64,000 nucleotides of DNA from Acidimicrobiales bacterium (lineage in GTDB: Bacteria; Actinomycetota; Acidimicrobiia; Acidimicrobiales; Aldehydirespiratoraceae). The position numbers and the translations under genes were made by a program. The stretch lies in the NCBI GenBank assembly GCA_029263195.1, contig JAJCXX010000025.1:31540-95539 (forward strand), given 5' to 3'. The notes beneath the pieces were generated by a model, which was not told the origin of the DNA, made no database searches, and saw nothing but the letters and a program-made list of their open reading frames with translations. Below, one piece after another: positions 58,662 through 64,000 of this stretch (the first letter of the stretch is position 1; every line of letters begins with the position of its first letter).

Positions 58662-58679
58662 ATACCGAGGTTTTCGTCA

Positions 58680-58697
58680 CGATCACTGCAGTGATCG
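58680..58697. repeat. perfect 18-bp palindrome CGATCACTGCAGTGATCG
   Basis: Read directly from the sequence. It covers the stop codon (58683-58685) of the minus-strand small ORF. Confidence 0.9.
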
Positions 58698-58874
58698 ACC
58701 GATAGCGCGGAGCCGGCGCTCCGCGGTGAGAAGTGCGCGCTCCGCCTCGTGCAGCCGTCCAATGATTGGATCGTCGGGATCGGTCACACGTCGCTCGGCT
58801 ACGCCGCCGATCCGTTTCGCCAGATCGGCGACAGTGGTGGTGATCGATGAGAGTTCGGCGGCATCAGGATCCAT
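58683..58874 (-). CDS. small hypothetical protein (63 aa, predicted helical)
   Basis: MDPDAAELSSITTTVADLAKRIGG...LHEAERALLTAERRLRAIGRSLQ has a balanced, helix-like composition. The opposite-strand ORFs here are R/S/A-rich. Divergent from hisD with a 61-bp gap. Confidence 0.45.
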   Translation of the reverse strand: MDPDAAELSSITTTVADLAKRIGGVAERRVTDPDDPIIGRLHEAERALLTAERRLRAIGRSLQ

Positions 58875-58935
58875 GGCGGCAGTATCGCCGACAAATCGGT
58901 CGGGCGGTACAGTAAGGGTCCGCTAGCGTGAGGCA

Positions 58936-60231
58936 GTGCTCACGAGGATTGATCTGCGCGAAAGAAGTGGCCCGGTCGCCGATCATCTTCCACGGCCATC
59001 GACACCCGCCGACGGGCCGGTCGAAGCGGTAAGGGAAATCCTTGCAGCGGTCCGCGATCGCGGTGACGCCGCCGTGCGCGAGTTCACATTGCGATTCGAT
59101 GGTGTCGAGCTCGATGCTCTTCGCGTGGCTCCCGATGAATTGGAGGCGGCGCGCCACCGGATAGCCCCGGAGGTCCTCGAGGCCTTGGAAGCTGCGGCCG
59201 ACTCGATCAGCCGATATCACCGGGAGCAACTGCCCACTGACATCACGGTCGATCGGGCCGGAGTCTCGATTCGGGGCCTTCACCGGCCGGTCGAACGAGC
59301 CGGGTGTTATGTGCCCGGCGGGCGTGCCGTCTACCCGTCGACGGTGCTTATGACCGTCATTCCCGCGAGGGCGGCCGGAGTCGAGGAGGTGGTCTTGTGC
59401 GTGCCACCGGGGCCCGACGGCCGGGTCCCTGATGTCACCCTCGCGGCTGCGGCGGTGGCCGGGGTCGATGAGGTCATACCGGTGGGTGGAGCCCAAGCGA
59501 TCGCCGCGATCGCGTACGGCACCGAGAGCATTCAGCCGGTCGATGTCATCGTGGGTCCCGGCAATGTCTATGTGGCAATCGCCAAGCAAGAGGTGGCCGG
59601 CCTGGTCGGGGTGCCGTCATCCTTCGCAGGTCCCAGTGAGGTTGTGGTGGTGGCCGACGGTTCAAGCCCGGCCGATTTTGCGGCCATCGACCTGATCCTG
59701 CAGGCCGAGCACGGCCCGGACGGATTGGCTTGGCTGATCACATGGGACCCCGATGTGGCTGATCGTGTCACCGCAGCGGTCGAACAGCTGACAGCGGCGG
59801 CCCCTCGACGCGACGACATCGAGGCCACCCTCTCCCAGTCGGGATACGCGGTGGTGTGCGAATCCCCCGAACAGGCAATGGAGGTCGCCAATTTCATCGC
59901 CCCCGAGCACCTCGAACTGCAGATCGAAGATCCGGAGTCGTTGCTGGCGATGGTTCGCAATGCCGGAGCGGTCTTCTGTGGCCGGTGGACGCCGGCCTCG
60001 TTGGGCGACTACATGGCCGGGCCGAGCCACGTGCTCCCCACCAACGGAACCGCGAGGTTCGCGAGCGCTCTCACTGTGAACGACTTCATGAAGGACATTC
60101 ACGTCGTGAGTGTCGACCGGCACGGTTTCGAATCGATGGGCGACCACGTGGTGGCGTTGGCCACGGCCGAGGGACTCGATGCCCACGCGGCCTCGATACG
60201 TATCCGGCGCGAGTCCGACGACAGCGCATGA
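58936..60231 (+). CDS. hisD: histidinol dehydrogenase HisD
   Basis: GTG start after GTGAGG. 431 aa with QAEHGPD and APEHLEL motifs. Confidence 0.95.
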   Translation: MLTRIDLRERSGPVADHLPRPSTPADGPVEAVREILAAVRDRGDAAVREFTLRFDGVELDALRVAPDELEAARHRIAPEVLEALEAAADSISRYHREQLPTDITVDRAGVSIRGLHRPVERAGCYVPGGRAVYPSTVLMTVIPARAAGVEEVVLCVPPGPDGRVPDVTLAAAAVAGVDEVIPVGGAQAIAAIAYGTESIQPVDVIVGPGNVYVAIAKQEVAGLVGVPSSFAGPSEVVVVADGSSPADFAAIDLILQAEHGPDGLAWLITWDPDVADRVTAAVEQLTAAAPRRDDIEATLSQSGYAVVCESPEQAMEVANFIAPEHLELQIEDPESLLAMVRNAGAVFCGRWTPASLGDYMAGPSHVLPTNGTARFASALTVNDFMKDIHVVSVDRHGFESMGDHVVALATAEGLDAHAASIRIRRESDDSA

Positions 60232-61301
60232 CCGGCCGGATCGCGCCGCGGGACTCGGTCGTGTCGATGGCGGGATACCACTCGCCCCAACTCGACGTCG
60301 ACGTACGTCTCAACACCAACGAGAGTCCGCTCGGTCCGCCTCCGGAATTCTCGGATGCCGTGGCCGATGCTCTCAGATCAGTGAACTGGAATCGATACCC
60401 CGATCGTCACGCCAACGGATTGCGTGGCGCGATCGCGTCGCATCACGGAACCGCAACGGGTCAAGTGTTCGCGGCCAACGGATCAAACGAGGTCTTGCAG
60501 ACCCTCTTGCTCACCTACGGAGGAGCCGGTCGCAGTGCGGCGATGTTCGAGCCGACCTACGCCCTTCATTCGCACCTGAGCCGCATCACCGGCACTGGCG
60601 TGATCTACGGAGAGCGGCGCGATGATTTCTCCTTCGACATCGACGAGGCGGCCCGGGTGATCGCAGCAGGCAACCCATCGATCGTTTTCCTCTGCTCGCC
60701 CAACAACCCCACAGGAATGATCGATCAGCGCTCGGATGTCGAGGCGGTGCTGGAGATTGCCGCAGGGGCAGGCGCGCTGCTGTGTGTGGATGAGGCCTAT
60801 GCCCAGTTCGCCCCGTGGAGCGCCACCGATCTCCTCGGCCCCGACGTGCCACTTGTCGTGACCCGCACCTACTCCAAGACCTGGGCGATGGCCGGGGCCA
60901 GACTCGGTTATCTCGTCGGTCCTGAGTGGGTGGTCGACGACCTCGAAAAGGTGGTCCTGCCGTACCACCTCGATGCCGCCACCCAGATAGCAGGCACGCT
61001 CGCCCTCCGCTACATCGATGCCATGAACGAACGAGTCGAGAAGCTGATCACCGACCGCGACAAACTCGCCGCGGCCATGGCTCGACTTCCGGTTCATGTA
61101 TGGCCGTCCGCCGCGAACTTCATACTCTTCCGGCCCGAGGCGATGCCCGGGCACGATGTGTGGCAGGCGCTCGTCGACCGGTCGGTGCTGGTGCGAGACT
61201 GTGCGTCCTGGCCCCGTCTCACCGACTGTCTGAGAGTCACAATCGGCACGACCGAAGAAGACAAGCGATTTCTCGACGCACTTACGGAGGTACTGCAATG
61301 A
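60228..61301 (+). CDS. hisC: histidinol-phosphate aminotransferase HisC
   Basis: NTNESPLGPP and the PLP-lysine context TYSKTWAMAGARLGY. ATGA overlap with hisD. Confidence 0.93.
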   Translation: MTGRIAPRDSVVSMAGYHSPQLDVDVRLNTNESPLGPPPEFSDAVADALRSVNWNRYPDRHANGLRGAIASHHGTATGQVFAANGSNEVLQTLLLTYGGAGRSAAMFEPTYALHSHLSRITGTGVIYGERRDDFSFDIDEAARVIAAGNPSIVFLCSPNNPTGMIDQRSDVEAVLEIAAGAGALLCVDEAYAQFAPWSATDLLGPDVPLVVTRTYSKTWAMAGARLGYLVGPEWVVDDLEKVVLPYHLDAATQIAGTLALRYIDAMNERVEKLITDRDKLAAAMARLPVHVWPSAANFILFRPEAMPGHDVWQALVDRSVLVRDCASWPRLTDCLRVTIGTTEEDKRFLDALTEVLQ

Positions 61302-61888
61302 GCCGCGGAGCAAACTTCAATCGCACGACCAATGAGACCTCGATCCGTATTGATCTCGAGATCGATGGATCCGGCATAGCTGGTGTCTCGACCGGTATCC
61401 CGTTCTTCGATCACATGATCGACCAGCTCGGCCGTCACAGCGAATTCGATCTGTCTGTCGAAGCCTCCGGCGACCTCGAGATCGATGCCCACCACACAGT
61501 TGAGGACGTCGGCATTGCCCTCGGCGAGTGTTTCAAGGAGGCCCTGGCTGACAAGAGGGGCGTCCGCCGTTTCGCTTCGATCACGGTTCCGCTCGACGAG
61601 GCAGCGGTCGAAGTCGTCGTCGATCTTTCTGGTCGGGCCTATCTCCACTACGAAGTCGACTTCCCCGGCCAGAAGATCCTCAGTGATCCTCCGTTCGACC
61701 CACAGTTGATCGAGGAGTTCTGGCGGGCGTTCGTCAACGCGTCGGGCATCACCCTCCATGTTGTCGGCCGCCGAGGCCGTAACACCCATCACATCATCGA
61801 GGCCACGTTCAAGGGCGTGGCGCGCTGCCTCCGTGAGGCTGTTCGGGTCGAGGGTGAAGGTGTTCCCTCCACGAAGGGAACCCTCTGA
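61298..61888 (+). CDS. hisB: imidazoleglycerol-phosphate dehydratase HisB
   Basis: RTTNETSIRIDL, DAHHTVEDVGIALG and HHIIEATFKG. ATGA overlap. Confidence 0.95.
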   Translation: MSRGANFNRTTNETSIRIDLEIDGSGIAGVSTGIPFFDHMIDQLGRHSEFDLSVEASGDLEIDAHHTVEDVGIALGECFKEALADKRGVRRFASITVPLDEAAVEVVVDLSGRAYLHYEVDFPGQKILSDPPFDPQLIEEFWRAFVNASGITLHVVGRRGRNTHHIIEATFKGVARCLREAVRVEGEGVPSTKGTL

Positions 61889-61889
61889 C

Positions 61890-62531
61890 GTGGTCGCCGA
61901 ACGCCCGCTGATAGCGATACTCGACTACGGCATCGGCAACCTTCACTCGGCCCAGAAGGGCTTCGAGTGCGCCGGTGCCGACGCCCGCCTCACCGCCGAC
62001 GCAGGTCTGATAGCCGAAGCTGCGGGAGTGGTGCTCCCCGGCGTAGGGGCGTTCGAGCCCTGCATGAAGGCCCTGCGTTCCACCGGACTCGATGAGGTGG
62101 CACTCGAACGGATCGAGTCCGACACTCCGTTTTTCGGGATCTGCATCGGAATGCAGGTGCTGTACACCGGATCCACCGAAGCCCCGGACTGCGAAGGCCT
62201 CGGAGTGTTCGATGCCACAGTTCGACTCCTACCGCCCGAAGTCAAGAGGCCTCAGATGCAGTGGAACATCGTGAGACCTCGCGCCGTCGCACACCCAATG
62301 TTCGACGGATTACCGGACGAGCCTTGGGTATATTTCGTACATTCGTATTCAGCCGACGACGGGCCCGACGTGATCGCCACGTGCGACTACGGCACGGACC
62401 TGGTGGCGGCCGCCGCCCGCGGTCCGCTGTGGGCGGCCCAGTTTCACCCCGAGAAGTCGGGAAGCAACGGACTTCGGATTCTTGCCAACTTCATTGCGAT
62501 GGCATCCGGTCAGAACCACGGACGTCGCTGA
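61890..62531 (+). CDS. hisH: imidazole glycerol phosphate synthase glutaminase subunit HisH
   Basis: IAILDYGIGNLHS, GICIGMQVL (catalytic Cys) and FHPEKS. GTG start 1 nt after the hisB stop. Confidence 0.92.
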   Translation: MVAERPLIAILDYGIGNLHSAQKGFECAGADARLTADAGLIAEAAGVVLPGVGAFEPCMKALRSTGLDEVALERIESDTPFFGICIGMQVLYTGSTEAPDCEGLGVFDATVRLLPPEVKRPQMQWNIVRPRAVAHPMFDGLPDEPWVYFVHSYSADDGPDVIATCDYGTDLVAAAARGPLWAAQFHPEKSGSNGLRILANFIAMASGQNHGRR

Positions 62532-63265
62532 TGGATCTCTATCCGGCAATCGACCTCCGAGGCGGCCGTTGCGTCCGACTTCACCAGGGCGACTACGCCC
62601 AGGAGACGGTCTACGGCGACGACCCCGTGGCTCAGGCCATGGCTTTCGCCGATGCGGGGGCATCTTGGATCCACGTGGTCGATCTCGATGCGGCCCGTTC
62701 CGGGATACCGGAAAACCGGTCAGTTGTCGAGGCGATCGCCTCAGCGGTGTCGGTTCCGATTCAGACGGGTGGCGGTGTGCGTTCGCGTGAGGCGGCCGAG
62801 GTGCTGTTCACGTCGGGGGTCGAACGAGTTGTGCTCGGCACGGCAGCTCTCACCGATCCCGACCTGGTTGCCGGCCTGGCCGCCGATCACAGGGTCGCCG
62901 TCGGGCTCGACGCGCGATCCGGAGAGGTCGCCACCGATGGCTGGATCAAGGGTTCGGGGCGATCGGTTCTCGACGTGGCGCGGTCGTTCACCGATCTGGG
63001 TGTCGACGCGTTCGTGGCAACCGACATCGGACGCGACGGCACTCTCGAAGGCCCCGATCTGGAGGGCCTCGAGGCCATGCTGTCGACAACCGGCGTCGAT
63101 GTGATCGCCTCGGGCGGGGTCGGATCCATCGCCGATGTCGAGGCCCTCGCGGCTCTCGAGGTGAGCGGAAGGACTCTGAGCGGAGTGATCGTCGGGAAGG
63201 CGATCTACGAGGGACGGCTGACCGTCGGAGAAGCGCTTGCTGCCATCGAGGGGGGACGATCATGA
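62531..63265 (+). CDS. hisA: ProFAR isomerase HisA (possibly bifunctional PriA type as in Actinobacteria)
   Basis: [20 protein letters not shown] and [17 protein letters not shown] overlap with hisH. Confidence 0.92.
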   Translation: MDLYPAIDLRGGRCVRLHQGDYAQETVYGDDPVAQAMAFADAGASWIHVVDLDAARSGIPENRSVVEAIASAVSVPIQTGGGVRSREAAEVLFTSGVERVVLGTAALTDPDLVAGLAADHRVAVGLDARSGEVATDGWIKGSGRSVLDVARSFTDLGVDAFVATDIGRDGTLEGPDLEGLEAMLSTTGVDVIASGGVGSIADVEALAALEVSGRTLSGVIVGKAIYEGRLTVGEALAAIEGGRS

Positions 63266-64000
63266 CGATCAGAGCGATCCGTGTGATCCCATGCCTCGAT
63301 GTCGATGCTGGCAGAGTGGTCAAGGGTGTGAACTTCGTCGATATACGCGATGCTGGAGATCCGGTCGAACTAGCCGCTGTCTACGACCGTCAGGGCGCCG
63401 ACGAGCTGGTGTTTCTAGACATCACGGCGTCATCTGATCAACGGGCCACCACGGTCGGCATGGCTCGTGCCGTGGCCGAGAAGGTATTCATCCCGTTCAC
63501 CATTGGAGGCGGTATTCGCACAGTGGATGATGCCCGACGGCTCCTGATGGCCGGCGCCGACAAGGTGAGCGTCAACACCGCAGCGGTGAAGCGGCCCGAA
63601 CTCGTGGCCGAGATCAGTCGCGAGTTCGGCACGCAGTGCTGTGTCGTGGCGATCGACGCCAAGTCATCAGACGACACCCCCAGCGGATTCGAGGTGTATA
63701 CCCACGGCGGCCGAGTTCGAACGGGTCTCGATGCACTCACATGGGCCCGCGAGGTCGAGCGCCTGGGTGCCGGTGAGATTCTGCTCACCTCGATGGACCG
63801 AGATGGCACGCGTGATGGTTTCGACCTACGGCTCACGTCGGCCGTGTCCACCGCGGTCAACGTTTCGGTGATCGCCAGCGGGGGAGTGGGGACGCTCGAG
63901 CATCTTGTCGACGGAGCGGTGGAGGGCGGCGCTGATGCGGTCCTGGCGGCGAGCATCTTCCACTTCGGACAGCACACCATCGCCGAAGCCAAGGAGTTGA
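63262..64000 (+). CDS. hisF: imidazole glycerol phosphate synthase cyclase subunit HisF (3-prime partial, runs off window)
   Basis: My own translation from ATG 63262 gives [25 protein letters not shown]...LDITAS...SVNTAAV...[12 protein letters not shown] overlap with hisA. No stop before 64000. Confidence 0.92.
   Translation, partial: MTIRAIRVIPCLDVDAGRVVKGVNFVDIRDAGDPVELAAVYDRQGADELVFLDITASSDQRATTVGMARAVAEKVFIPFTIGGGIRTVDDARRLLMAGADKVSVNTAAVKRPELVAEISREFGTQCCVVAIDAKSSDDTPSGFEVYTHGGRVRTGLDALTWAREVERLGAGEILLTSMDRDGTRDGFDLRLTSAVSTAVNVSVIASGGVGTLEHLVDGAVEGGADAVLAASIFHFGQHTIAEAKEL

Noticed and set aside
58409-58705. Plus-strand ORFs of 98 and 61 aa across the nth-hisD non-coding region
   Set aside because: They run straight through four strong hairpins and a terminator, and their composition is R/P/G/C-rich and implausible for a protein. 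More likely non-coding.
58480-58935. Histidine T-box or leader-peptide attenuator for hisD (CAUCAC at 58496-58501; UGGUGACACGAG loosely resembling the T-box core; terminator at 58623-58661)
   Set aside because: There are only two His codons and no short leader ORF. The T-box similarity is partial (about 9 of 12 positions by eye), and I could not trace Stem I features. The terminator is 270 nt from hisD and is separated from it by a plausible minus-strand ORF. I keep it only as a remote alternative under the sRNA finding.
1-64000. tRNA, rRNA, CRISPR arrays, transposases or integrases
   Set aside because: I scanned intergenic regions for T-loop-like GGTTCGA/GGTTCAA contexts and for regularly spaced repeats. 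The only hits fall inside coding sequences. The only tandem repeats are in-frame coding repeats in divIVA and the Lys-rich gene.

Overview
High-GC core chromosome segment with actinobacterial-type gene content (SepF, DivIVA/Wag31-like, Bpa, MshD-like GNAT); possibly Acidimicrobiia-like, but that lineage guess is only inference. The window is almost fully coding. I found no rRNA, tRNA, CRISPR array or convincing mobile element. Gene order: (1) HNH protein and an LplA-like ligase. (2) A near-complete dcw cluster, mraZ-rsmH-ftsL-ftsI-murE-mraY-murD-ftsW-murG-murC-murB-ftsQ-ftsZ, followed by pgeF-yggS-sepF-yggT-divIVA-DUF167, a Lys-rich DksA-like protein, lspA and rluD. (3) An Rrf2 regulator, an AP-superfamily enzyme, the proteasome activator Bpa, dnaE, a hypothetical, a nitroreductase and a DUF35/SCP2-thiolase pair. 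(4) On the minus strand, DUF255-hrpA. (5) A five-gene peptide-type ABC importer. (6) A purine operon, purL(with fused PurS-like repeats)-purQ-purC-purE-purF-purD-purM-purN, coupled to menA. (7) On the minus strand, GNAT-rlmN-membrane protein-menG-VOC. (8) nth, a structured non-coding region and a small ORF, then hisD-C-B-H-A-F (hisF runs off the window). Most gene junctions are 1- or 4-nt start/stop overlaps. I did not find a convincing new multi-gene system such as a defence island. The observations most worth a second look are: a tandem PurS-PurS-PurL fusion with no free purS; murF missing from an otherwise gapless dcw operon; an H1-like Lys-rich domain fused to a DksA/TraR domain that lacks its zinc cysteines; an AT-rich island plus a hairpin cluster that may be an sRNA downstream of nth; phased MraZ-box-like repeats over a promoter; and nested repeats upstream of dnaE. 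All protein calls rest on motif recognition in the supplied translations, not on database searches.
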